A stretch of 37,114 nucleotides of DNA, from the UHGV virus genome UHGV-0042115; one strand, given 5' to 3'. Positions 1-9,676 of the stretch are shown piece by piece. The number at the start of each line of letters is the position of its first letter. Position 1 is the first letter of the stretch. This stretch comes from a virus. The translations under genes and the position numbers were made by a program. The notes beneath the pieces are model-generated. The model saw only the letters and a program-made list of their open reading frames with translations. It did no database searches and was not told the DNA's origin.

Positions 1-10
1 TTAGCAAGGT

Positions 11-26
11 TGTGTACATTTGTACA
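11..26 (+). promoter_or_regulatory. Two TGTACA palindromes (13-18, 21-26) upstream of rcdA; possible TetR-type autoregulatory operator
   Basis: Palindromic hexamers directly upstream of the rcdA SD (agagga 38-43) and ATG at 50. Confidence 0.3.
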
Positions 27-49
27 CAATTGCAGACAGAGGAAATGAC

Positions 50-586
50 ATGCGTCGCGCTAACGATCCGCAACGGCGAGAAAAAATTATCCAGGCCACG
101 CTGGAGGCGGTGAAACTTTACGGAATACATGCTGTTACGCACCGCAAAATTGCTACCCTTGCCGGGGTACCGTTGGGATCGATGACCTACTATTTTTCAG
201 GAATTGATGAGTTGTTGCTGGAGGCGTTCAGCAGTTTTACTGAGATTATGTCCCGGCAATATCAGGCATTTTTTAGCGATGTTAGTGATGCTCAAGGCGC
301 ATGCCAGGCTATCACCGATATGATCTACAGCTCACAGGTTGCAACGCCGGATAACATGGAGCTGATGTACCAGCTCTACGCGCTGGCTAGCCGAAAACCG
401 CTATTAAAAACGGTAATGCAAAACTGGATGCAGCGCAGTCAGCAAACGCTCGAACAATGGTTTGAACCCGGAACCGCCCGCGCGCTTGATGCGTTTATTG
501 AGGGGATGACGCTGCATTTTGTCACCGACCGTAAGCCGCTATCGCGCGAGGAGATTTTGAGGATGGTTGAGAGGGTTGCAGGGTAG
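50..586 (+). CDS. rcdA: TetR-family transcriptional regulator RcdA (YbjK)
   Basis: Translation [40 protein letters not shown]... matches RcdA as I recall it; ATG at 50 with SD; the track ORF starts earlier at an in-frame TTG. Confidence 0.88.
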   Translation: MRRANDPQRREKIIQATLEAVKLYGIHAVTHRKIATLAGVPLGSMTYYFSGIDELLLEAFSSFTEIMSRQYQAFFSDVSDAQGACQAITDMIYSSQVATPDNMELMYQLYALASRKPLLKTVMQNWMQRSQQTLEQWFEPGTARALDAFIEGMTLHFVTDRKPLSREEILRMVERVAG

Positions 587-602
587 TAGATAAATTTTAG
601 AT

Positions 603-616
603 AACAAAAAACCCAT
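603..616. other. attL core (AACAAAAAACCCAT)
   Basis: Identical 14-mer found at 33612-33625; located between rcdA stop and int stop. Confidence 0.6.
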
Positions 617-635
617 TTATGTAAACTGGTTAATG

Positions 636-667
636 AAAACAATAAGTTAGAGTAAAAACAATAAGTT
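636..667. repeat. Two direct 13-bp repeats AAAACAATAAGTT (636-648, 655-667); candidate integrase arm-type binding sites
   Basis: Perfect direct repeat 19 bp apart, between att core and int 3' end. Confidence 0.4.
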
Positions 668-687
668 GGGTTGGTGGTCAGTGGTGG

Positions 688-1743
688 TTATGACGGGGTA
701 ATGCCAACCGCTGCCGCCACTTTGTCGCCACTTGGCAGCGTTGCCAGAGGATTGAAACGGAGCGCCGTTTCCAGATGATCCGGTGCCAGATGTGCGTAAC
801 GCATCGTCATTTTTATATCGTGATGTCCGAGAATTTTTTGTAAGGCCAGGATGTTTCCACCCGACATCATGAAGTGCGCCGCAAACGTATGGCGCAGAAC
901 GTGTGTCAGTTGACCGCGAGGGAGCACGATAGACGTTTTTTCCATCACGGATAAAAATTGAAAATAGCAGTCTGTGAAGAAATTGAACCCATCAAGCGCC
1001 ATGATCTCTTCGTAAAGCTCTTTACTGATAGGGATGCTTCTGTTTTTCTTCCCCTTCGTTCTTACAAAGGTAATTCGGTATTTGGTCACCTGTGAGCGGG
1101 TAAGATTTACGGCTTCACGCCAGCGTGCGCCTGTGCTTAAGCATATCTTGACTACCAGTGCCAGAATTGGGTCCTGACGTTTGCAATCAGCCAGTAATTC
1201 AACAATCTGCTCATGGGTAAGCCATGCCATCTCTTTTTCTGCGATGGTGAATTTTCGCATGTTCTCCAGTGGGTTCGGATACGACCATTCGCCCAGGCGG
1301 GATAGTTCGCTAAAAACACTACTTAGATAGCTTTGCTCCAGGTTAATGGTGACCGGGCTTGCTCCTTTCTTCCATTTCTCGCTGAAGTAGATCTCTCCTG
1401 TCAGGCGTTTATCTCGATAGTGGGCAAACATTTTAGATGTGAGATCGGTTGCAAGGGGATTGCCCAGAGCGTCAACCATTAACAGCAGTTTGTCATAGAC
1501 ATGCTGGCCAGCTGTCAGAGATTTACCATGTAGTTTGAACCATAGTTCAACCACGTCTTTCAGTGTTCGACGATCCACTGATTCGCCCAGCTAGGGCTTT
1601 GCTTCGCTTTCTTCCATCGTGTGACGCTCAAAAGCCAGAGCTTCGCCTTTGGTAGCGAATTGTTTACGCACACGACGTCCGCTACGTCCGGCGGGGTAAC
1701 ATTCGCAAAGCCATTTTCCTGTGGTGAGTTTTCGTACTGCCAT
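688..1743 (-). pseudogene. int: Tyrosine integrase (P2/186 family) interrupted by in-frame TAG at codon 51
   Basis: Minus-strand ATG at 1743 gives MAVRKLTTGKWLCECYPAGRSGRRVRKQFATKGEALAFERHTMEESEAKP then TAG (1593..1591), then continues in frame as LGESVDRRTLKDV... to the C-terminal catalytic region (HxxR...Y: LRHTFAAHF...MRYAHLAP). Confidence 0.7.
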
Positions 1744-1767
1744 AAAAAAGCCCTCATATCAGAGGGC
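1744..1767 (-). terminator. Intrinsic-terminator-like hairpin (GCCCTC/GAGGGC stem, 6-nt loop) followed by U6 on the minus strand, ending 1 nt before the int ATG
   Basis: Stem 1750-1755 / 1762-1767; plus-strand A6 at 1744-1749 is U6 on the minus-strand transcript. Confidence 0.45.
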
Positions 1768-1834
1768 TAAATCTAACTGTATGTTTGAACAGTAGTCAAT
1801 GTATGATTTTATTCAATATATACATTGAAGAATA

Positions 1835-2386
1835 TTAAATTCTGTTTTGCAGACCTGATATAAAAATATTATAACTGTGTGAAAGATTTCCAGTGATTCT
1901 AAGGCACTTGCCTATTGCTCTTGATCCAGATACCTTTTGATAAGCGTATTTTGTCAGAGATACCAATTCTTGAGCTGCGTTACCAAGTCGATCAGGGTTA
2001 CGATATTTACTATTATTTTGAGATCGGGAAAGCCGCGGGATTCCTAAAGCTTCCTCGACAGACAATAAATCTCCAAGATACCAGCTTTCAAGCTCATGGC
2101 ATGCAATGCGTATTAAAACATCTGTTTTACCAGCCTTTGAGCAAATATCAGACAGTCTAGATTTAATTGTTGGACCATCTCCGCTATCTTTATCTCTAAT
2201 GACTACAAAAATAGTATCAGGAGTCATCCAGTTTTTTAATTTTTTCTCCAAGTTCTTTTCTAGATCCTGTTTACCTTCAAATACAATATATCGAGTGTCT
2301 GCATCTGCCGGAAGTAATCGAGGCAGTAATCCTTTCAGCATTTCTGCTGCAGATAATTCTTCTAGAAAGAAAGCATAAGTTGTCAT
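1835..2386 (-). CDS. Small Toprim-like protein (DUF4276-like by motif recollection), partner of the upstream ATPase
   Basis: 183 aa; motifs IVFEGKQD and VVIRDKDSGDG resemble Toprim E...DxD; start overlaps the ATPase stop (ATGA); AT-rich. Confidence 0.55.
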   Translation of the reverse strand: MTTYAFFLEELSAAEMLKGLLPRLLPADADTRYIVFEGKQDLEKNLEKKLKNWMTPDTIFVVIRDKDSGDGPTIKSRLSDICSKAGKTDVLIRIACHELESWYLGDLLSVEEALGIPRLSRSQNNSKYRNPDRLGNAAQELVSLTKYAYQKVSGSRAIGKCLRITGNLSHSYNIFISGLQNRI

Positions 2387-3582
2387 TGCGGATCAACTCC
2401 TGGGAAAAATCCTTGTTTCCATAAATATCCCATTTTATCTCCATCATTCATATAGGCTACAAGTTGAGGATCATCTGAAGCCCTGAAAGCACGAGTATAT
2501 CCATTGGTTTTAGTTAACCAGAAAACCTCATCAATATTTACTGCATTCAAGAAGTCTGGGGAATGTGTAGAAACAAATACTTGCCCTCCTCTCTGTGTAT
2601 AGGCTCTGAACTCCTCTGCTAATTCTACTAGCAGTTTTGGATATAGTTGATTTTCCGGCTCTTCGACACATAATAATGGATGAGGCTCAGGATCGTGTAA
2701 TTGTACTAAATATGCAAACATTTTTAATGTTCCATCAGATACATATCTATCGATAAAGGGATCTGCAAAGCTTCCATCTTGAAAACCTAATAATAAACGA
2801 CCATCTTGAGTGCTTATCGGTTTAACATCAGAAACTCCGGGAACTCTATGTTTCATTGAGTCAATAATTTTAGAAAATATTTCAGGATAATTATCGTGGA
2901 TGTTTCGTGCAACTAACTGTAAATTATCGCCAGTTGCAGAAAGATGGTCTTCATATCCAATAGCATCTTTTGATCCCCTAGCTGCATTGATATGAAAGTC
3001 GGAAACATGCCAATTTTCAATTAACTGCCTGAAAGCACTGGCTGCTTTAAATTTACTAAATTGACCTAACCCTTTGATTGCTAAAACATCATCAGAATCA
3101 AGCTGCTGAGTCTCTCTGTTTAGTTCTTCATCTTGTTTACTGAAATCATCTTCATTAACAATCGCAGTACCATGGCCTCTGGAGAAGTCCAAAAAGTGAT
3201 AAGGCGAGCCAAAGGAACCTCTTTTATATCTCAAGATTTCTCTTTCAACATAAACTTTTTTCCTAGAATCTTCTTTAAGTTTTAGAATATAAGTAACTAA
3301 TCGTTCATACCCACTTATTTCAATACGAAATTTTACTTCAATCTCTATTGTCCGGTCGGTAACATCCACTCCACGGCTCAGAAGTTCTTCAAAACCTCCT
3401 CTTTTCTGAACAGCACTTCTCACATTGAAAGTAAGACAATCTTTCAGAAAGCCAAACACATCAAAAAGAGTAGTTTTTCCTACGCCGTTTGCCCCGACAA
3501 TAACACAAAATTTGGGGATATTGTTCATCTCAAGATCTTGGAACGACTTGAAATTTTTTAATTTTATGGCTTCAATTAACAT
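2383..3582 (-). CDS. ABC-type ATPase (OLD/AAA_15/AAA_21-like architecture)
   Basis: 399 aa; N-terminal Walker A GANGVGKTT, C-terminal Walker B LLCVEEPE and STHSP H-loop separated by ~250 aa; ATG 8 nt after the repressor stop with SD-like AGGA in between. Confidence 0.75.
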   Translation of the reverse strand: MLIEAIKLKNFKSFQDLEMNNIPKFCVIVGANGVGKTTLFDVFGFLKDCLTFNVRSAVQKRGGFEELLSRGVDVTDRTIEIEVKFRIEISGYERLVTYILKLKEDSRKKVYVEREILRYKRGSFGSPYHFLDFSRGHGTAIVNEDDFSKQDEELNRETQQLDSDDVLAIKGLGQFSKFKAASAFRQLIENWHVSDFHINAARGSKDAIGYEDHLSATGDNLQLVARNIHDNYPEIFSKIIDSMKHRVPGVSDVKPISTQDGRLLLGFQDGSFADPFIDRYVSDGTLKMFAYLVQLHDPEPHPLLCVEEPENQLYPKLLVELAEEFRAYTQRGGQVFVSTHSPDFLNAVNIDEVFWLTKTNGYTRAFRASDDPQLVAYMNDGDKMGYLWKQGFFPGVDPQ

Positions 3583-3590
3583 AATGTTCC

Positions 3591-4484
3591 TTAATTGCTT
3601 TTATTGATGCTGGAAATGAATAAATAAACTCTAGCTACAAAATTGATATCAGAAAAACCACATTCAAAGCTATTTATGGAGGATGATACTTTTATCACCT
3701 TCTTAGGTAGTCTTGTAATATGCCGAATTGAATAGGTTTCATCGATATTGATGAGCCAGTGTCCATCCAATACATCAGTAATGTTTTGATCACAAATGTA
3801 TGTCATCAACCCGTCTTGAATGACAATTGGTGCTGAAAGATTAGCAGGTAAAAATGACGTATCGAAAATATATGAACCACACTCAACCATTTTTCCTGCA
3901 TTGAGATGAAATTTAGGCAGCTCTTTTACCAATGTTGTGAGAGAACTGTGCTTGCTGCCTTGCCCAGTGGCTAGCCATAAAAGAGAATTTCCTGTTTCCA
4001 ACGAGCATTTTATGATCCAATCAGCTGGGAAAGTGTCTCGTAAATATCTGTTTGCCATGGTGCTTTTAGATACATTCAAATGGTCGGCAAGTTCTTGTCT
4101 TGTTTTGAAGCCATACGCTTTCATTAGCCGGTCTATTGCATCACGTCCGCCTGAATCCAAATTCAGCAAGTTCCCAATAGGGTTCTCTTGATTATTGATT
4201 TGGGGAACATACTGAACCTTTGGTGCAGTTGCCTTTGACATGACCGATGCCTCTGTATTCTGAGGGAATGGTACGCCTTTTCCGAATGAGAGCCATTCGA
4301 TAGATGCACCCGTTTCAATTGCACACTGAATTACCCAGTCAGCAGGAAATACGTCACGCATCCAGCGCGTACCCATAGTGCTTGCAGATACGTTGAACTG
4401 CTCGCATAGAGCTTGCCTTGTCTTGAATCCATACGCCTCAAGCATGCGCGTTATGACTGCTTGTCCTCCGTTTTTGAAATTCAT
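3591..4484 (-). CDS. 186 CI-type immunity repressor with tandemly duplicated N-terminal DNA-binding domain
   Basis: 297 aa; two copies of the ...AYGFKTRQ.L...NVS.STM..R..RD.FPADW.I.C..ETG......WL..G.G module (aa 9-70 and 116-176) then a C-terminal domain; divergent from the apl/cII genes. Confidence 0.7.
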   Translation of the reverse strand: MNFKNGGQAVITRMLEAYGFKTRQALCEQFNVSASTMGTRWMRDVFPADWVIQCAIETGASIEWLSFGKGVPFPQNTEASVMSKATAPKVQYVPQINNQENPIGNLLNLDSGGRDAIDRLMKAYGFKTRQELADHLNVSKSTMANRYLRDTFPADWIIKCSLETGNSLLWLATGQGSKHSSLTTLVKELPKFHLNAGKMVECGSYIFDTSFLPANLSAPIVIQDGLMTYICDQNITDVLDGHWLINIDETYSIRHITRLPKKVIKVSSSINSFECGFSDINFVARVYLFISSINKSN

Positions 4485-4509
4485 TTATTACGCCTTTGAG
4501 TAATTTTGG

Positions 4510-4538
4510 TTGACACTTCTCAAATGAAGAATTAGTGT
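4510..4538 (+). promoter_or_regulatory. Candidate rightward early promoter (TTGACA, 17-nt spacer, TAGTGT)
   Basis: Consensus -35 with a weak -10, located in the repressor / apl divergent intergenic region. Confidence 0.25.
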
Positions 4539-4608
4539 GTGCGAAAGTGAACTGAACAGGATTGATCACCAGTTACCACACATCTTGTTAAACGAGGAAT
4601 CTTGCATC

Positions 4609-4830
4609 ATGACTCCACATATTTCAATCACCTTAGCTGTCCCATCTGTGTCTATTGAGAAATACAGTGAACTGACTGGGTTATCTATCGATACTATCAA
4701 TGACATGCTGGCTGATGGCCGCCTTATTCGCCATCGTCTCCGTAAAGATAAAAAGCGAGAAAAGGTAATGATCAATATCGCTGCAATGACCGTTGATGCG
4801 CTCTCTGAATGCAATTTGAGTATTAACTAG
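4609..4830 (+). CDS. Apl/Cox-like small early protein (excision/regulatory); alternative start at 4537
   Basis: First rightward gene divergent from the repressor; GAGGA SD 10 nt before ATG 4609; small basic protein. Confidence 0.45.
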   Translation: MTPHISITLAVPSVSIEKYSELTGLSIDTINDMLADGRLIRHRLRKDKKREKVMINIAAMTVDALSECNLSIN

Positions 4831-4862
4831 TTCCATTTTGGGATACATCAGGGGTGTCGACT

Positions 4863-5372
4863 ATGTTTGATTATCAAGTTTCCAAACATCCACATTTTGA
4901 TGAAGCCTGTCGTACATTCGCGCTGCGCCACAACCTGGTGCAACTGGCAGATCGTGCAGGCATGAATGTGCAGATTTTGCGTAACAAGCTGAACCCAGCT
5001 CAACCTCATTTATTAACCGCACCAGACATCTGGTTGCTTACCGATCTGACTGAAGATTCAACGCTGGTAGACGGTTTTCTGGCACAGATTCATTGTCTGC
5101 CATGTGTTCCGATTAATGAGGTGGCAAAAGAGAAATTGCCGCATTACGTCATGAGTGCAACTGCAGAGATCGGGCGTGTTGCTGCAGGTGCGGTATCTGG
5201 CGATGTAAAAACCAGTGCAGGTCGTCGTGATGCTATCAGCAGCATTAACTCTGTAACACGACTGATGGCGCTGGCTGCTGTTTCATTGCAGGCCCGTTTA
5301 CAGGCTAACCCGGCGATGGCGAGTGCAGTTGATACCGTGACTGGCCTCGGTGCTTCATTCGGTTTGCTGTGA
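4863..5372 (+). CDS. 186 CII-like regulatory protein
   Basis: 169 aa [45 protein letters not shown]... resembles 186 CII as I recall it; position after apl. Confidence 0.55.
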   Translation: MFDYQVSKHPHFDEACRTFALRHNLVQLADRAGMNVQILRNKLNPAQPHLLTAPDIWLLTDLTEDSTLVDGFLAQIHCLPCVPINEVAKEKLPHYVMSATAEIGRVAAGAVSGDVKTSAGRRDAISSINSVTRLMALAAVSLQARLQANPAMASAVDTVTGLGASFGLL

Positions 5373-5379
5373 GGTGCTT

Positions 5380-5580
5380 ATGCTGACGAAAGAACCATCA
5401 TTTGCATCGCTGCTGGTAAAACAAAGTCCGGCAATGCACTACGGTCACGGCTGGATAATAGGTAAGGATGGTAAACGCTGGCATCCGTGCCGTTCACAAG
5501 ATGAATTGCTGGCAGAACTATCAACGAAAAAACGGGGGAACAAATGGCTATTGAAGGCGCTGCGGCGACTGTTCCATTAA
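5380..5580 (+). CDS. Small early-region protein (position of 186 fil)
   Basis: 66-aa ORF with GAGG SD; position only, no motif recognised. Confidence 0.3.
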   Translation: MLTKEPSFASLLVKQSPAMHYGHGWIIGKDGKRWHPCRSQDELLAELSTKKRGNKWLLKALRRLFH

Positions 5581-5885
5581 GCCCCGGTGAACGCCTGAAT
5601 GGACTTAATCACATTGCGGAGTTAAGGGCGAAAGTTTTTGGCCTGAATATTGAGTCAGAGCTTGAGCGGTTTATTAAAGATATGCGTGATCCACGGGATA
5701 TCAATAACGAACAAAATAAACGGGCACTGGCAGCCATATTCTTTATGGCAAAAATTCCGGCTGAACGTCATAGCATCAGCATTAATGAGCTGACCACTGA
5801 CGAAAAGCGGGAGTTGATTAAAGCAATGAATCATTTTCGTGCAGTGGTGAGCTTATTTCCCAGACGGCTAACCATGCCGAATTAA
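5544..5885 (+). CDS. Hypothetical early-region protein
   Basis: 113-aa ORF, ATG 5544 preceded by GGGGGAA; overlaps previous ORF end. Confidence 0.4.
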   Translation: MAIEGAAATVPLSPGERLNGLNHIAELRAKVFGLNIESELERFIKDMRDPRDINNEQNKRALAAIFFMAKIPAERHSISINELTTDEKRELIKAMNHFRAVVSLFPRRLTMPN

Positions 5886-5952
5886 CCAACTAATGAAATT
5901 CATGGCGTAAACCCGCCGGGCATCCCTTTATCTAAATTAAGGAGAGTTTATT

Positions 5953-6186
5953 ATGCGTAATATTGAAACCCTCAAGACTAAGACCGGACCGGATGACGCA
6001 GGGCTTAATATTTTACTGACAGAGGCTCGTCTGGAAGAACGCCGGGCAAGGGCTGAAGCAATGGCAGCTCGCCTTGATAGTCTGGCGTGTCATATTACAT
6101 CCCGCCAGCTAAACCACGTCGAAGCGGCAGAACTGCTGCGTGTGACTGCTGAAGCAATCCAGAACGAAGCGCAGGAGATCCACTAA
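5953..6186 (+). CDS. Hypothetical early-region protein
   Basis: 77-aa ORF with AAGGAGAG SD; stop overlaps the next start (TAATG). Confidence 0.45.
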   Translation: MRNIETLKTKTGPDDAGLNILLTEARLEERRARAEAMAARLDSLACHITSRQLNHVEAAELLRVTAEAIQNEAQEIH

Positions 6187-6413
6187 TGGCTGATGCAATG
6201 GATCTCGTACAGCAGCGCGTTGAAGAAGAACGCCAGCGCCATATCCGTGCTGCCCGTGCCAAAACGCCGGGCGTGTCACGCGTGCTTTGCATTGAATGTG
6301 AAGCGCCAATTCCGCCAGCAAGACGCCGCGTCATTCCGGGAGTGCAGCTTTGCATTACCTGCCAGGAAATCGCAGAGCTGAAAGGCAAACATTACAACGG
6401 AGGTGCTGTATGA
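6186..6413 (+). CDS. TraR/DksA-family C4 zinc-finger protein
   Basis: CIECEAPIPPARRRVIPGVQLCITCQ: CxxC-N17-CxxC motif typical of phage TraR-like proteins. Confidence 0.7.
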   Translation: MADAMDLVQQRVEEERQRHIRAARAKTPGVSRVLCIECEAPIPPARRRVIPGVQLCITCQEIAELKGKHYNGGAV

Positions 6414-7267
6414 GCACCATCCTGAAATGGGCGGGTAATAAAACCGCCATTATGTCCGAACTGAAAAAACATCTTCCTGCTGGCCCGCGACTGGTTGAAC
6501 CTTTCGCGGGTTCTTGTGCTGTGATGATGGCGACGGATTACCCCAGCTATCTGGTTGCGGATATTAATCCTGATTTAATCAACCTCTATAAAAAGGTTTC
6601 TGCTGATTGTGAGGCGTTTATATCTCGCGCCAGAGTTTTATTTGAGAACGCAAACAGGGAGGTGGCTTATTACAACATAAAGCAGGAGTTTAATTACTCA
6701 ACTGAAATTACTGATTTCATGAAAGCGGTATATTTCCTGTATCTCAATCGTCACGGTTACCGTGGGTTATGTCGCTATAACAAGAGCGGGCATTTCAACA
6801 TTCCCTACGGTAATTATAAAAATCCGTATTTCCCTGAAAAAGAAATTCGCGCATTTGCAGAGAAAGCCCAGCGAGCAACGTTTATCTGCGCCAGCTTTGA
6901 TGAAACGCTGGCGATGCTGCAGGTGGGGGATGTGGTGTATTGCGATCCGCCTTATGACGGTACGTTTTCCGGTTATCACACTGACGGCTTCACTGAAGAT
7001 GACCAGTATCACCTGGCATCCGTTCTTGAACATCGGTCATCAGAAGGACATCCCGTCATTGTTTCTAACAGTGACACATCCCTGATCCGTTCGCTGTATC
7101 GCAATTTTACTCACCACTACATCAAGGCAAAACGCAGCATCGGTGTGGCAGCTGGTGATAGTAAATCTGCAACAGAAATCATTGCTGTTTCCGGGGCGCG
7201 CTGCTGGGTGGGATTTGATCCTTCGCGTGGCGTAGATAGTTCTGCTGTGTACGAGGTGCGTGTATGA
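6410..7267 (+). CDS. DNA adenine methyltransferase (Dam-like, D12 class)
   Basis: Motifs [53 protein letters not shown]; GGAGG SD before ATG 6410. Confidence 0.88.
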   Translation: MSTILKWAGNKTAIMSELKKHLPAGPRLVEPFAGSCAVMMATDYPSYLVADINPDLINLYKKVSADCEAFISRARVLFENANREVAYYNIKQEFNYSTEITDFMKAVYFLYLNRHGYRGLCRYNKSGHFNIPYGNYKNPYFPEKEIRAFAEKAQRATFICASFDETLAMLQVGDVVYCDPPYDGTFSGYHTDGFTEDDQYHLASVLEHRSSEGHPVIVSNSDTSLIRSLYRNFTHHYIKAKRSIGVAAGDSKSATEIIAVSGARCWVGFDPSRGVDSSAVYEVRV

Positions 7268-9676
7268 GTCATGACGATATGAGCAACTCTAGCGGCTTTA
7301 ACGAGGCCGCTGCATCATTTTCATGGAACGGCCCGAAAAAGGCCATTAACCCTTATCTGGACCCGGCGGAATTTGCGCCGGAGTCTGCACTTTCAAACCT
7401 GATCACTCTGTATGCTGCCGATAACGAGCAGGAACAACTGCGCCGCGAGGCACTGAGTGAGCAGGTCTGGGAGCGTTATTTCTTTAATGAATCCCGTGAT
7501 CCTGTCCAGCGCGAAATGGAGCAGGATAAGCTCATTAGCCGCGCAAAGCTTGCGCATGAGCAGCAGCTTTTTAACCCGGACATGGTCATTCTGGCAGATG
7601 TCAGCGCCCAGCCTACCCACATCAGCAAGCCGCTGATGCAACGTATCGAATACTTCAGCAGCCTGGGCAGGCCAAAGGCTTATTCCCGCTATTTGCGTGA
7701 GACGATTAAGCCATGTCTGGAGCGACTGGATTGTGTACGCGACAGTCAGCTATCCGCTTCTTTCCGTTTTATGGCAAGCCATCAAGGGCTTGAGGGCCTG
7801 CTGATCCTGCCTGAAATGAGTCAGGATCAGGTAAAACGCCTGTCCACCCTGGTAGCTGCGCATATGAGCATGTGCCTTGATGCCGCTTGTGGCGATTTAT
7901 ATGCCACCGATGACGTTAAGCCAGAAGAAATCCGCAAGACATGGGAAAAGGTGGCAGCGGAAACCCTGCGACTGGATGTTATCCCGCCTGCGTTTGAGCA
8001 ACTCCGCCGGAAAAGAAACCGCCGCAAACCCGTGCCCTATGAACTCATACCGGGTTCGCTGGCACGTATGCTTTGCGCCGACTGGTGGTATCGAAAATTG
8101 TGGAAGATGCGTTGCGAATGGCGGGAAGAGCAGTTGCGTGCTGTCTGCCTGGTCAGCAAAAAAGCATCTCCCTATGTCAGCTATGAAGCCGTGACGCATA
8201 AACGTGAGCAGCGCCGTAAGTCGCTGGAGTTTTTCCGTTCTCATGAACTGGTGAACGAAGACGGCGACACGCTGGATATGGAAGATGTGGTAAACGCCAG
8301 CAGCAGCAACCCGGCACATCGCCGCAATGAGATGATGGCCTGTGTTAAAGGTCTGGAGCTTATCGCAGAAATGCGTGGTGACTGCGCCGTTTTCTACACT
8401 ATCACCTGTCCGTCACGTTTCCATTCCACGCTCAACAACGGCAGACCCAACCCGACCTGGACAAATGCGACGGTAAGACAAAGCAGCGATTATCTGGTCG
8501 GCATGTTTGCTGCATTTCGTAAGGCTATGCACAAAGCCGGGTTGCGCTGGTATGGCGTGCGGGTGGCTGAGCCGCACCATGACGGTACTGTGCACTGGCA
8601 TCTCATGTGTTTCATGCGCAAAAAAGACCGCCGCGCCATTACTGCATTGTTGCGTAAGTTTGCCATCCGTGAAGACCGCGAGGAACTGGGTAATAACACT
8701 GGTCCACGCTTTAAATCTGAGCTGATAAACCCACGCAAAGGAACACCGACAAGCTACATCGCGAAATACATCAGTAAGAACATTGACGGGCGTGGTCTGG
8801 CTGGCGAGATCAGCAAGGAAACGGGTAAATCCCTGCGTGATAATGCTGAATACGTTAATGCTTGGGCGTCTCTGCATCGTGTTCAGCAATTCCGCTTCTT
8901 TGGCATTCCGGGGCGTCAGGCTTACCGTGAACTGCGATTGCTGGCTGGTCAGGCGGCAAGGCAACAGGGGACAAAAAGCAGGTGCGCCGGTACTGGATAA
9001 CCCGCGCCTTGATGCCATCCTGGCTGCTGCTGATGCTGGTTGTTTTGCCACCTACATCATGAAGCAGGGCGGCGTACTGGTTCCCCGCAAATATCACCTT
9101 ATCAGAACAGCTTATGAAATTAACGAAGAGCCGACTGCTTATGGCGATCACGGTATTCGTATTTATGGCATCTGGTCACCCATTGTACAGGGCAAGATTT
9201 GCACTCATGCAGTGAAGTGGAAAATGGTTCGTAAGGCCGTTGACGTTCAGGAGGCGGCAGCCGACCAGGGCGCTTGCGCCCCTTGGACTCGTGGCAATAA
9301 CTGTCCCCTTGCTGAAAATTTGAACCAACAAGGGAAAGACAAATCAGCTGATGGGGACTCCAGAACGGATATTACCCGTATGAATGACAAGGAGTTGCAC
9401 GATTACCTGCACAGTATGAGCAAAAAAGAGCGCCGGGAACTGGCTGCAAGGTTACGCCAGGTGAAACCGAAACGGCGTAAAGACTACAAACAGCGAATTA
9501 CGGACCATCAGCGACAGCAGCTCGTCTATGAACTGAAGTCCAGGGGATTTGATGGCAGCGAGAAAGAAGTCGATTTGCTCCTTCGCGGCGGCAGTATTCC
9601 GTCAGGAGCAGGCCTGCGTATCTTCTATCGGAACCAGCGTCTGAAGGAAGATGATAAGTGGCGGAACCTGTATTAA
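7264..9676 (+). pseudogene. A: Replication initiator gpA-like (rolling-circle endonuclease), reading frame changes near 8963-8990
   Basis: First 578 codons end at TAA 8998-9000; the remaining ~230 codons continue in the +1 frame (…[17 protein letters not shown]…) to 9676; junction lies in a G4/A5 homopolymer region. Confidence 0.7.

Noticed and set aside
1812-1829. Palindrome TTCAAT-ATATAC-ATTGAA between the Toprim-like gene stop and int
   Set aside because: Not followed by a U-tract on either strand and lies in very AT-rich DNA where such palindromes occur by chance; possibly a protein-binding site but unsupported.
8413-9151. Minus-strand ORFs inside gene A
   Set aside because: Antisense to the replication gene; no RBS; explained by the composition of A.
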